Source: an uncultured Chloroflexia bacterium
Lineage (GTDB): Bacteria; Chloroflexota; Limnocylindria; Limnocylindrales; CSP1-4
Direction of reading: 5' to 3'
Length of the DNA: 64,000 bases
Assembly (NCBI GenBank): GCA_963780375.1
Contig: CAWABV010000008.1
Location: forward strand, 27,619-91,618
The notes below the pieces were generated by a model that was not told the origin of the DNA, searched no databases, and was given only the letters and a program-made list of their open reading frames with translations. This document shows, piece after piece, positions 19,592 to 28,617 of this stretch. Position 1 is the first letter of the stretch. Every line of letters begins with the position of its first letter. The position numbers and the translations under genes are program-made.

Positions 19592-20197
19592 TTGGGACGC
19601 TGGGGTACCGGCTTCGACGCGGACCGGCTGGCGACGCTCGAGACCCGCATGTGGAAGGCGTATTACCGGCGCCAGCCGGCCCGCCTGTTCGGGTCGCTCG
19701 TCCTCGCCCTGCGCGAACAGGCCGGCGCACGATGGCCGACAGCGCTCCTGGCGAGCGTTCTGCTGACGCGCGCCGCGGCCGGATTCGCGCGCGCGGAGGG
19801 CGACTACGACCGCTTCGCCCCCGACATCGCGCGGGCATATCGGCTACTCGGTCTGCCGGCGGAGGTCGATGCCGAGGAGGTCGCGAGACGGGAGCTCCGC
19901 TGGTGGGTCGTCCGTCGCGAGATCGGACTCGCTGCGGGCGAGGCCGCCGGTGACGCCATCACGCGACTGTACGCAGGCCTCTATCAGGTGATCGAGTCGG
20001 ATGTCGCCGAGGCCGGACGCCTGCGCGGGATGGCGGCCGAGGTCCGCGACCGCGGTGCCACCGCCGATCCGGACGGTTCGACCGGCCAGGGGCGGGCGTA
20101 CTGGCCCGAGGTGGCGCGACTGCTGCGGGACTCCTACCGCTCGTTGAAGGCGGCGGTCGACGGGGCCGTCAGCGATCCTCTGGACGCCGGCCGATGA
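19592..20197 (+). CDS. hypothetical protein (about 201 aa, all-helical, no TM)
   Basis: The 3' part of track ORF 18944..20197. A TTG start is preceded by a perfect SD (gaAGGAGGcacgTTG). It is divergent from the mpaB-like gene with a 24 bp spacer, and its C-terminus overlaps bioY convergently. Confidence 0.5.
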   Translation: MGRWGTGFDADRLATLETRMWKAYYRRQPARLFGSLVLALREQAGARWPTALLASVLLTRAAAGFARAEGDYDRFAPDIARAYRLLGLPAEVDAEEVARRELRWWVVRREIGLAAGEAAGDAITRLYAGLYQVIESDVAEAGRLRGMAAEVRDRGATADPDGSTGQGRAYWPEVARLLRDSYRSLKAAVDGAVSDPLDAGR

Positions 20198-20807
20198 CCC
20201 ACCACGCGGCGGGGAAGATGCCGGCCGCGACGACGAGCTTGGCCGCGTCCCACACGAGGAATTTGGTCATCCCCTCGGCGACCGCCGTCTCCCATGGGAT
20301 CCCGAGGGTCACCTTCAGCCACGGTACGCCGATCGCGTAGATCACGGCCGTCCCGATCGCCATCGCGGCCAGGGAGCCGCCGATGTGCCGATCCCAGCCG
20401 AGCTCGGCCAGACGGCCGACGATGGCCGCCGCCACCACGAACCCGATCAGATAGCCGCCGCTCGCCCCGAGGATCTTCGCCACGCCCGAGGTGCCCTCGG
20501 CGAAGACGGACAGTCCGGCGAGACCCATGGCGAGGTACAGCAACAGCGCCAGCGCGCCGCGTCGGAAGCCCAGCGCGCCGCCCACGACGAGGACACCGAG
20601 CGTCTGACCGGTGAACGGCACGGGTAGCGTCGGGATCACGACCTGGGCCGACAGCGCGACGACGAACGCGCCGATCACGATGAGGACCACGTGGCGGACG
20701 CGGGTCGGTGTCCGCTCAGCGAGCGTGACCGGCACCAGGAAATCGGCGAGGGTGAGGCCGCGCTCGGCGGCGGTGCTGCGGTCGAGTCGCGGGATGGCGA
20801 TCGTCAA
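20169..20807 (-). CDS. bioY: biotin transporter BioY (ECF S-component)
   Basis: 212 aa with 6 TM helices. The motifs VVIPTLPVPFTGQTLGVLVVG and KILGASGGYLIGF are characteristic of BioY. Confidence 0.85.
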   Translation of the reverse strand: MTIAIPRLDRSTAAERGLTLADFLVPVTLAERTPTRVRHVVLIVIGAFVVALSAQVVIPTLPVPFTGQTLGVLVVGGALGFRRGALALLLYLAMGLAGLSVFAEGTSGVAKILGASGGYLIGFVVAAAIVGRLAELGWDRHIGGSLAAMAIGTAVIYAIGVPWLKVTLGIPWETAVAEGMTKFLVWDAAKLVVAAGIFPAAWWVIGRRPEDR

Positions 20808-20894
20808 ACCAGGGCTCCGAAGGGACGGTCGTCTGGGGGCGACCTCGGCGGGAGTCTAGCATCCCGGTTCGGGCGCGACCGACGCCCCGGGCGC

Positions 20895-23414
20895 CTATTC
20901 GGCGGCGACGGCCCGCACGATCGACACGCCGCTCGCCAGCCGAGCCGGATAGGCCGCGGCAAGCATCGCGAGCCCGACACCCAGCACGAAGGCGACCCCC
21001 ACCGCGACCCAGGGGATCGCCGCCGTCGGATCGAGCCGGCCCCCGGACAACAGGATCATCAGACCGCCGACGACGACACCGGTCGCGACGCCGCAGATCG
21101 CGCCGGCGAGGCCGGTGATGCCGGCCTCGACCACGACGGAACGCCAGACCTGGCGCCGCGTCATGCCCGCCGCTCGCAGCACCCCGATCTCGCGGACGCG
21201 CTCGAGCACGTTCATCGTGAGCGTGTTGACGATGCCGAGCGAGGCGACGATGACCGCCACCAACGAGAGAGCGTCGAACAGGCCGAAGACGCGGTCGAGC
21301 GCTTCGCTGACAGCTCCCTGGATCCGGTCGAGCGGGACCGGGTCGAGCGCGAGCGTTCGCGCCTCGTCGGCCAGCCTCGCCTGATCGACCGCCGACGCCG
21401 GCTGCTCGAACCGGACCGCGAAGCCGTCCGCGCCAGCGACGCCGAGCCGAGCCGCGTCGGACCAGCCGACGAGGATCGAGTCGCCCGACCGACCAGGCAG
21501 CGTCCGGTCGGCGACGCCGGCAACGACGAGATCAAGCGCCGAACCATCGGCTGCCGCGACCGTCAACGGTGAGCCGACGCCCAACCCATCGCGGCCGGCC
21601 ACGGCCGCCGAAACGATCGCGGCTCCACCACGGTCGAGCGCCGCAAGGGCAGCATCTCGATCACCGGCGACGAACGTCAGGCGGCCATCCGTCTCGAGGT
21701 CGCCGCCGACGACCGCGGCCCCGTCGACCCGGCGCCCGCCGATCGCGAGATCGAAGGTCGCGAACGGGCTGATCGAGTGGACGCCCGGCAGGTCGCCGAG
21801 TGCGTCGTCGATGCCCTCCTCTGGATCGCGCGGGAAGATCGACGTCAGGACCAGGTCCCCCGGGACCACGTCCGCGATCCACGCGCTCGCGGCGGAGCGC
21901 GCGTGCTGACCGACCCCGCCCAAGGCGACGATCAGCGACAGGCCGATGGTCAGCGCGCCGACCGTCAACGCCGCCCTCGAGCGGTCGCGCAGGACCGACG
22001 CCCGGGCAAGCCGCTCTTCCAGGCGAGCGATCGCGATGAACGGTGTCCCGGCCGCCCGAGCGAGGGTCGGCAGGATCACGGGCACCAGCAATGCGGCGGC
22101 GAGCAGGACGACATAGATGACCAGCGCGCGGACGAGCGCCGCTTCGCCGGCCGCTCTCGGCCAGACGACGAGCCCGAGCACGCCGACGACGGCAAAGACG
22201 CCGACCAACCACCGTAGCCGGGCACGTCGTGCCGACGGCAGCTCCAACCGCGCCTTGAGAGCCTCGACGGGCGCGACCCGACCGGCCCGGCGAGCCGGCT
22301 CGACAGCCGCCGCCAGGGTGACGCCCAGCCCGACGGCGAGGGCCGCCACGGCATCGCCGACGCGTACGACCGGCCCACCGATCGACATCGAGCCGACCGC
22401 GCCGATCCAACCGGCGATCCCCGCACCGAGCACGCCGCCGAGCAGGATCCCTGCCGCCGATCCGATGACACCGATGACCGAGGCCTGGACCAGGATGTAC
22501 GTCGTGAGCTGCCCGCGGGTCGCACCGGCCGCGCGAAGCAGGCCAAGTTCGCGCACTCGCTCGACGACGGTCATCGAGAGCGTGTTGAAGATCAGGAACG
22601 CACCGGCGAACAGGGCGACCGCGGCGATCAACGCGGTCGTCGCGGCGAAGTCGCCGGTCGACGCTTGCATCGATGCGGCCAGGTCGGACGGCGTCGAGAC
22701 GACGAAGGGTTCGCTGACGAGCCGCGCCTCGAGCGAGTCGATGACCGCCCGGGCGTCGGCGCCGTCGGCGAGATCGAGGTCGACCCGGGTCACGCCGTCC
22801 GCGCCGAAGACCGAGCGGGCGGTCGGCAGCGAGGTGACAACGGCCCGTCCGCCCGGGCCGGCCCACGGCCCATCTCCGGCGAGGATCCCCGCTACCCGCA
22901 GGTCGACGGGCTCGTCGATGCCCTGGATGCCCACTCGGGAACCGACGCTCAGGCCGTCCTCGCGGGCGAGGGTCGCACTGACCAGCGCGACGGCGTCGCC
23001 GGCCGTTGTCAGCGCCCGTCCACTCGCGAGGCCGATCTCGTGCACTCTGGGCTCGCGCACCGGGTCGATGCCGACGAGCGTGACCGGTGCGGGCAACGGT
23101 CCGGGTCCGAACAGCCCCGTGCCGAGGTACGTCCTGCGCTCGAACGTCGGCGCCGCGAGGACGACGCCCGGCGTCTCTTCGATGACAGCGACCGCGGTAT
23201 CGGACAACCCCTGTTCATCGAAGGCCGCCACGCGCAGCTCCGCACGACCCACCAGCGCATCGACCGCCCGATCCACGGCCGCGTCGACACCCGCGTTCGT
23301 CGCCAGTCCGGCGTAGAGCACGGCGACGCCGAGGGCCACGCCGATCGTGGTCAGGGTCGTCCGGAGGGGTCGAGCGCGGAGTCCCCGCCACGCGAGGCCG
23401 TGGAGACCGCGCAT
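20895..23414 (-). CDS. ABC transporter permease with two FtsX domains (MacB/YknZ-like, 839 aa)
   Basis: Two repeats, each with an N-terminal TM, a large extracytoplasmic domain and an FtsX C-terminal 3-TM bundle (VVERVRELGLLRAAGATRGQ... and VLERVREIGVLRAAGMTRRQ...). Confidence 0.85.
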   Translation of the reverse strand: MRGLHGLAWRGLRARPLRTTLTTIGVALGVAVLYAGLATNAGVDAAVDRAVDALVGRAELRVAAFDEQGLSDTAVAVIEETPGVVLAAPTFERRTYLGTGLFGPGPLPAPVTLVGIDPVREPRVHEIGLASGRALTTAGDAVALVSATLAREDGLSVGSRVGIQGIDEPVDLRVAGILAGDGPWAGPGGRAVVTSLPTARSVFGADGVTRVDLDLADGADARAVIDSLEARLVSEPFVVSTPSDLAASMQASTGDFAATTALIAAVALFAGAFLIFNTLSMTVVERVRELGLLRAAGATRGQLTTYILVQASVIGVIGSAAGILLGGVLGAGIAGWIGAVGSMSIGGPVVRVGDAVAALAVGLGVTLAAAVEPARRAGRVAPVEALKARLELPSARRARLRWLVGVFAVVGVLGLVVWPRAAGEAALVRALVIYVVLLAAALLVPVILPTLARAAGTPFIAIARLEERLARASVLRDRSRAALTVGALTIGLSLIVALGGVGQHARSAASAWIADVVPGDLVLTSIFPRDPEEGIDDALGDLPGVHSISPFATFDLAIGGRRVDGAAVVGGDLETDGRLTFVAGDRDAALAALDRGGAAIVSAAVAGRDGLGVGSPLTVAAADGSALDLVVAGVADRTLPGRSGDSILVGWSDAARLGVAGADGFAVRFEQPASAVDQARLADEARTLALDPVPLDRIQGAVSEALDRVFGLFDALSLVAVIVASLGIVNTLTMNVLERVREIGVLRAAGMTRRQVWRSVVVEAGITGLAGAICGVATGVVVGGLMILLSGGRLDPTAAIPWVAVGVAFVLGVGLAMLAAAYPARLASGVSIVRAVAAE

Positions 23415-23417
23415 CGG

Positions 23418-24221
23418 TCAGAGGCCGAGGCTGGCCAGGCGGGCGATGAGGGCTGTCGCCTCGTGGTCGGCACGTCGACCGAGCTCGATGGTCTCGAGGA
23501 TGCGGCCGTCGCCGATGACGTGGACGCGGTCCGCGTAGGCGGCCGCTTTCGAATCGTGGGTCACGAGGACGATCGTCTGGTGCCGCTCCTGGCAGGAGCG
23601 CCAGAGCACGTCGAGGATCTCGGTCCCGGTCGTGTAGTCCAGGTTGCCGGTTGGCTCGTCGGCGAGCAGGAGGGCGGGTCGGGTGACGAGTGCGCGGGCG
23701 ACGGCGACCCGCTGCTGCTCCCCTGCGGAGAGCTGATCCGGCTTGTGGTGCTCCTTGCCGGTCAGGTCGACCGACGCGATGACCTCGCGGACCCGTTCAG
23801 CCAGCTCGCCCCGTGTCGGGTCGAGGCCAGCGATCGTGAAGGGCAGCCCGACGTTCTCCGTGACGTCGAGCAATGGGATCAGGTTGAACGACTGGAAGAC
23901 GAACCCGGTCCGGTCTCGCCGCAGCTTGGTGGCCCGGTCGTCGGACAACTCGCTGATGATCTCGCCCTCGAGCAGGACCTCGCCGCTGGTCGGCCGATCG
24001 AGGCCACCGAGCAGTTGGAGGAGCGTGCTCTTGCCGCTGCCCGACGGGCCCATGAGCGCGACGAACTCGCCGGCCCCCACGGTCAGCGACACGCCCCGCA
24101 GCGCCTCAACGGTCGTGCTGCCGAGCGGGTACGTCTTCGTGAGGTCGCGACCCTCGAGGATGATCCCATCGCGGGTGCCGTTGTCGGGCGCATCGAGGAG
24201 GCGCGTGAGTAGCGCGGTCAT
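23418..24221 (-). CDS. ABC transporter ATP-binding protein (MacB/LolD-type)
   Basis: The internal ATG at 24221 gives MTALLTRLLDAPDNGTRDGIILEGRDLTKTY..., with GPSGSGKST, LSAGEQQRVAVARAL and LLLADEPTGNLD. The track ORF extends upstream to 24686 through non-coding and neighbouring coding sequence. Confidence 0.85.
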   Translation of the reverse strand: MTALLTRLLDAPDNGTRDGIILEGRDLTKTYPLGSTTVEALRGVSLTVGAGEFVALMGPSGSGKSTLLQLLGGLDRPTSGEVLLEGEIISELSDDRATKLRRDRTGFVFQSFNLIPLLDVTENVGLPFTIAGLDPTRGELAERVREVIASVDLTGKEHHKPDQLSAGEQQRVAVARALVTRPALLLADEPTGNLDYTTGTEILDVLWRSCQERHQTIVLVTHDSKAAAYADRVHVIGDGRILETIELGRRADHEATALIARLASLGL

Positions 24222-24328
24222 GCCTGGCCTCTGGCGGTCGGGAGTAGTCCGGGGCGCACCGTAGCGGTGGGGTGCGGTCCGCGGCAGTCGCTCGATGGTC
24301 CGCCCGTCGCTAGTACCCGCCTCGGTCG

Positions 24329-25198
24329 TCATGTGCCGAAGAAGACGCCGGCCACGCTGCCGACGATCGTCTCGAGCAGTCCGCGGCCCTCCCCGCTCGA
24401 GGCGACGCGCAGCCCGGTATCCGTGGATGCCAGACGCGCGTCCGGCGAGGCGGCGGGCTCCTCGGCGGGCTGGGCGGCCGAGCGCGGGATCGGCGGCGTC
24501 GGTGACGCGGGCGTCGGGCTCGGTGTCGGGGTGGGCGTGGGGGCCGGCTTGGGCGTGGGCTTGGGCGTCGGTCTCGGTGTCGGCTTGGGCGTCGCTCGCG
24601 GCTTGGGCTTCGGCGTCGCCCGCGGTGCCGGCTTGGGTGTCGCCTTGGCCGTGGACCCGCACTTGTCCGCGAAGAGGACGGTCCACATCTTCTTCCCGTC
24701 GGAGCCCTTGTACGCCCCGACCCCGATCGTCTCCCAGCGGCGCTCGAGGATGTTGTGCCGGTGACCGGACGAGTCCATGAACATCGCGTGGATCTCGGCC
24801 GTGGCTTCGTCGTCGGGATACGTGTTCCAGCCGATGTTCTCGCCGGCCAACGTGTAGCAGTAACCCCTCGAATCAAGCTTCTTGAAGACGCTGCCATAGC
24901 CCGGGATATCGTGGCTGAAGTAGTCGCGCTCGATCATGTCGTGGCTCCGCCAGCGGGCCACCGACGTCAGCGTGCTGTCGACCCGAAGCGAGCGCCGCCC
25001 CGCCGCGGCGCGGCTTCGATTGGTGAGCGCGATCAGCTGGCGCTCCGACGCCGAGCTGTACGAGTCCGCCTCCCAGGCGAACGCCGCCCGCGGATGCAGC
25101 AGGCCGACGAACGAGGTGATGGCCAGGAGCGCCGCCAGGCCGATCGGCACGCGAGCGGATGGACGGCGCTGCGAGGGCATCGGACGGGCGGTCTCCAC
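24329..25198 (-). CDS. secreted CAP-domain (SCP/PR-1, YkwD-like) protein with C-terminal Pro/Thr-rich repeat linker
   Basis: A signal peptide, then the CAP motifs FSHD...GENIGW...SSGHRHNILERRWETIGVGAY, followed by ATPKPAPRATPKPKPRATPKPTPRPTPKPTPKPAPTPTPTPSP (DNA tandem repeats 24481..24660). Confidence 0.8.
   Translation of the reverse strand: METARPMPSQRRPSARVPIGLAALLAITSFVGLLHPRAAFAWEADSYSSASERQLIALTNRSRAAAGRRSLRVDSTLTSVARWRSHDMIERDYFSHDIPGYGSVFKKLDSRGYCYTLAGENIGWNTYPDDEATAEIHAMFMDSSGHRHNILERRWETIGVGAYKGSDGKKMWTVLFADKCGSTAKATPKPAPRATPKPKPRATPKPTPRPTPKPTPKPAPTPTPTPSPTPASPTPPIPRSAAQPAEEPAASPDARLASTDTGLRVASSGEGRGLLETIVGSVAGVFFGT
24481..24660 (-). repeat. coding tandem repeat (GGCTTGGGCGT-type units) encoding the PT-rich linker of the CAP protein
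   Basis: Visible periodicity: ggcttgggcgtgggcttgggcgtcggtctcggtgtcggcttgggcgtc... Confidence 0.6.
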
Positions 25199-25346
25199 GT
25201 GCCGTCGCCGGGGGTCGCGACGGAGGCTTACCTGGTGTCACGACCGTAGGCGGGCGGGCTCGCGGGGTCCCTCGGGCGAAGGTCCCACCCCAGGGGCATG
25301 GGGTACCGGATGGTCCGGTCCAGATAGGTGACGAGCGGTGCGGTCC

Positions 25347-25442
25347 CTAGGGTCCGACGGCCGCCAGCGCCCCGATCAGCAGGATCATCAGCACGGCCCC
25401 AACGACCAGCACGCCGAACAGATAGAGCCAGTGCCCGCGCAT
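25347..25442 (-). CDS. possible 31-aa hydrophobic micro-protein (MRGHWLYLFGVLVVGAVLMILLIGALAAVGP)
   Basis: A small ATG ORF immediately downstream (same strand) of the DUF6766-like gene, encoding a single TM helix. No clear SD. Not in the ORF track (too short). Confidence 0.25.
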   Translation of the reverse strand: MRGHWLYLFGVLVVGAVLMILLIGALAAVGP

Positions 25443-25510
25443 GTTGACGGCGGCGAGGTGCTCGCGTCGGACCACGTCGGCGTCGACTCGCTGTTCGGAC
25501 AGTCCGCCGC

Positions 25511-25870
25511 TCACCGAGCGTCCACCTTGCGTTCCAGCGCGTCGAGCTTGGCCTCGATCCGCCGCAATGCCGCCTCGCTCTCATAGTCGGTGTCGGGCGA
25601 TTCGTGGCTCCGCCGATGGACCAGGAACGTGGTGAGGACGATGAACACGAAGACCTGCAGGAACTCCGACTGCCAGTTCTCGAAGGTCGATTGCGCCCAG
25701 CTCCAGATGTAGCCGTCCTGGCTGAAGGCCTGCGCCACGTGACCCTGCTGTGCCTGATCAGCGGCGAACTCGACCCAACCGGTCCATGTCTGGAGGGTCC
25801 ACGCTGCGAGGAACATCAGCACCAGCGTGATGCTCAGGCTGTAGTCATTCCAGAGGCGCCTCAGAGCCAT
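25511..25870 (-). CDS. small membrane protein (DUF6766-like, from memory)
   Basis: 119 aa. Good SD (cctGAGGTGAcggtcgATG) and protein-like composition (Trp/Phe-rich, low Arg): SLSITLVLMFLAAWTLQTWTGW...TFENWQSEFLQVFVFIVLTTFLVHRRSHESPD. Two TM helices. Confidence 0.6.
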   Translation of the reverse strand: MALRRLWNDYSLSITLVLMFLAAWTLQTWTGWVEFAADQAQQGHVAQAFSQDGYIWSWAQSTFENWQSEFLQVFVFIVLTTFLVHRRSHESPDTDYESEAALRRIEAKLDALERKVDAR

Positions 25871-26037
25871 CGACCGTCACCTCAGGTCGTTGCCGTCGAT
25901 TTCGAACGCGCGGGCGCGGCTCGCCGACCGCAACGCTATGCCGGAGCTGGCTACGTCGTCGCTGCCGGGACAGTGCGTGGTGTTGCGTCCGCCTGCCGAC
26001 CCGCGGCCGGCGCGGCCGGCGCCCGTGCCGGCAGCAC

Positions 26038-26760
26038 GTGGCAGACTCCCAAGCCATGGACGGTGCGGATCGCGTGGTCCTGATCACCGGAGCGACCGGT
26101 GGGCTCGGCCGCGTCGCGACCCGAGCCTTCGCTGCGGATGGCGCCCGCCTGGCCCTGGCCGGCATGGAAGAGACCCGGCTGCTCGAGCTCGCGAACGAGG
26201 TCGGGCTCAGCGACGATCGCTGGACTCCGGTGGTCGCCGACCTCCGAGATCCGGCTGCCGCGGGCGCGGCCCTGTCCGCAGCCGCCGACCGACTCGGCCC
26301 CGTCGACGTGCTCATACACCTCGTCGGTGGATACGCCGGTGGCACCCCGCTCGCCGATCTCGACCAGGCGGACATCGGGCACATGCTCGAGCAGCATCTA
26401 TGGACGACGTTCCACGTCGCTCGCGCCGTCGTCCCAGGGATGGTCGAGCGCGGCTGGGGCCGCGTCATGGCGGTCTCGGCGCCTGTCGCCAGCGAGCCGA
26501 CCGCAAAGTCCGCCCCCTACGCGGTGGGGAAGGCCGCCGAGGAGGCGCTGCTTCGAACCCTGGCTCGCGAGACCGCGAATACCGGCGTCACCGTGAACCT
26601 CGTCGTGGTCAGGACCATCGACCTGAAGGGCGTCCGCACCACCGACGAGAAGAAGACCTCGTGGACCTCGCCCGACGAGATCGTCGCCGCGTTCCGGTTC
26701 CTAGCGTCCGATGATGCCGCGGCCATCACCGGCGCACGAATCCCGCTACACAGACGCTAA
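26038..26760 (+). CDS. SDR-family oxidoreductase
   Basis: Rossmann motif VVLITGATGGLGRVATRAFAADGA and the catalytic YAVGK motif (SAPYAVGKAAEEAL). The start may be the ATG at 26056. Confidence 0.8.
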   Translation: MADSQAMDGADRVVLITGATGGLGRVATRAFAADGARLALAGMEETRLLELANEVGLSDDRWTPVVADLRDPAAAGAALSAAADRLGPVDVLIHLVGGYAGGTPLADLDQADIGHMLEQHLWTTFHVARAVVPGMVERGWGRVMAVSAPVASEPTAKSAPYAVGKAAEEALLRTLARETANTGVTVNLVVVRTIDLKGVRTTDEKKTSWTSPDEIVAAFRFLASDDAAAITGARIPLHRR

Positions 26761-26774
26761 GGCACCGCGCCGCG

Positions 26775-28434
26775 TCAGGTCCGGGATGTGACCTCGCTCA
26801 CGAGGGCTTGGGCCTCGGCCAGTAGCCGCTCGAGGTGCTCCTCTCCCCGGAAGCTCTCCGCATAGACCTTGGCGACGTTCTCCGTCCCTGATGGCCTCGC
26901 CGCGAACCAGCCGGCGTCGGTGGTGACCTTGAGGCCGCCGATCGGCGCGCCATTCCCGGGCGCCGCGGTGAGGATCGCGGTGATCGGATCGCCCGCCAGC
27001 TCGGTGGCAGCGACGTCGTCGGCGGTCAGCTTGCCGAGCGCGGCCTTCTGCTCCGGTGTCGCCGGCGTGTCGACCCGCCGATAGACCGGGGAGCCGAAGC
27101 GGTCCGTGAGCTCGGCCGTACGCCTCACCCGGATCCTTGCCCTGCCGAGCGGTGAGCTCGCACGCGAGCAGGTCCGCGATGATGCCGTCCTTGTCGGTCG
27201 TCCAGACCGTGCCGTCACGACGCAGGAACGACGCGCCCGCGCTCTCCTCGCCGCCGAACCCGATCGAGCCGTCGATCAGCCCATCGACGAACCATTTGAA
27301 CCCGACCGGCACTTCGACCAGCCGGCGCCCGAGGTCCGCCACGACCCGGTCGATCATCGACGACGAGACGAGCGTCTTCCCGACCCCGACGCTCGTACCC
27401 CAGTCGCGCCCTCCACCGAACAGGTAGGCGATCGCGGCGCTGAGGAAGTGGTTCGGGTTCAGCAGCCCGCGGGCCGGTGTGACCACGCCGTGCCGGTCGG
27501 CGTCGGCGTCGTTGCCGAGCGCGATGTCGAATCGGTCGCGCAGCTCGACCAGGCGGGCCATCGCGTAGGGCGACGATGGATCCATCCGGATCTTGCCGTC
27601 CCAGTCGACGGTCATGAACCCGAACGTTGGATCGACCGTCTCGTTGGTGACCGTGATGTCCAGGCCGTAGCGGTCGCGGATGGCACCCCAGTAGGCGACC
27701 GACGCGCCGCCCATCGGGTCCACGCCGATCCGCAGCCCAGAGGTCCGGATCGCCTCCACGTCGATGACCCCGGCCAGGTCGTCGACGTACCGACCGAGGA
27801 AGTCGTACCGGCCCGCGCCCGCGGCGACCTCGCCATCGGTGGCACGCGGGATCCCGTCGATGCCGTCGGCTCCGGAAGCCTCGAGGATCCGGTTGGCCTC
27901 ATCCTGGATCCAGCGCGTGACGTCGGTATCGGCCGGGCCGCCGTTGGGCGGGTTGTACTTGAAGCCACCGTCATCAGGTGGGTTGTGCGACGGCGTGACC
28001 ACGATCCCGTCGGCGAGGTGCCGCCAGCTGTCCGTCGGCCGGTTCGCGACGAGGATGGCGAGCGAGACGGCCGGGGTCGGCGTGAAGCCGTCCCCCGTGT
28101 CGATCCGGACATCGACGCCCCGTGCGACGAGCACGCTCAGGGCCGTCCGGGTCGCCGGCTCCGAGAGGGCATGGGTGTCCCGGCCGAGGAATAGCGGCCC
28201 GCTGTAGCCACGCCCGACGCGATAGCGGCAGATCGCCTCGGCGGTGGCGAGGATATGTGCCTCGTTGAAGGCGTTGCGGAACGACGAACCGCGATGACCA
28301 GAGGTTCCGAAAGAAACGCGCTGGGCGGGGTCAGAGGGGTCGGGTCGGCGGTCGTAATAAGCGCCGATGAGGGCGTCGATGTCCACCAGACTGGCAGGGT
28401 CGGCCGGCCTTCCGGCGCGCTCGTCGAGGACCAC
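26775..28434 (-). pseudogene. pgm: phosphoglucomutase (alpha-D-glucose phosphate-specific), interrupted by an apparent +1 single-base frameshift near 27120
   Basis: The N-terminal about 440 aa lie in the frame of track ORF 26746..28434 (MVLDERAGRPADPASLVDIDALIGAYYDRRPD...FGTSGHRGSSF...). The conserved C-terminus ([30 protein letters not shown]...[39 protein letters not shown]) lies in the frame of track ORF 26775..27218. Deleting one g/c in tacGGCCgagctc restores the full-length protein. Confidence 0.75.
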
Positions 28435-28617
28435 GAGGCCATGATGTCACGGCCGATCGGGCGCGTGATGCGGTTCCTCCCCGCACCACTACTGACCGCA
28501 CCAGACCTCACAAGGGCGGTTCCAGCCCGCACCACCCCGGACGCCACCGGACCCCAAAGGTGTTGCCAAATCCGCCATCGGCTAGTACGGTCGTCAGCCC
28601 CCAACGGAGCAGGACGC

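Noticed and set aside
23418-24686. N-terminal 155 codons of the ABC ATPase track ORF (Ala/Asp/Gln/Thr-rich)
   Set aside because: This part overlaps the 3' end of the CAP gene in another frame and precedes the obvious ATPase N-terminus (MTALLTRLLD...ILEGRDLTKTY). It is treated as non-coding upstream sequence.
24267-24900. Repeat-rich DNA that looked array-like (possible CRISPR or minisatellite)
   Set aside because: The repeats are contiguous with no spacers and lie inside the CAP-domain gene, where they encode a Pro/Thr/Lys linker. This is not a CRISPR array.
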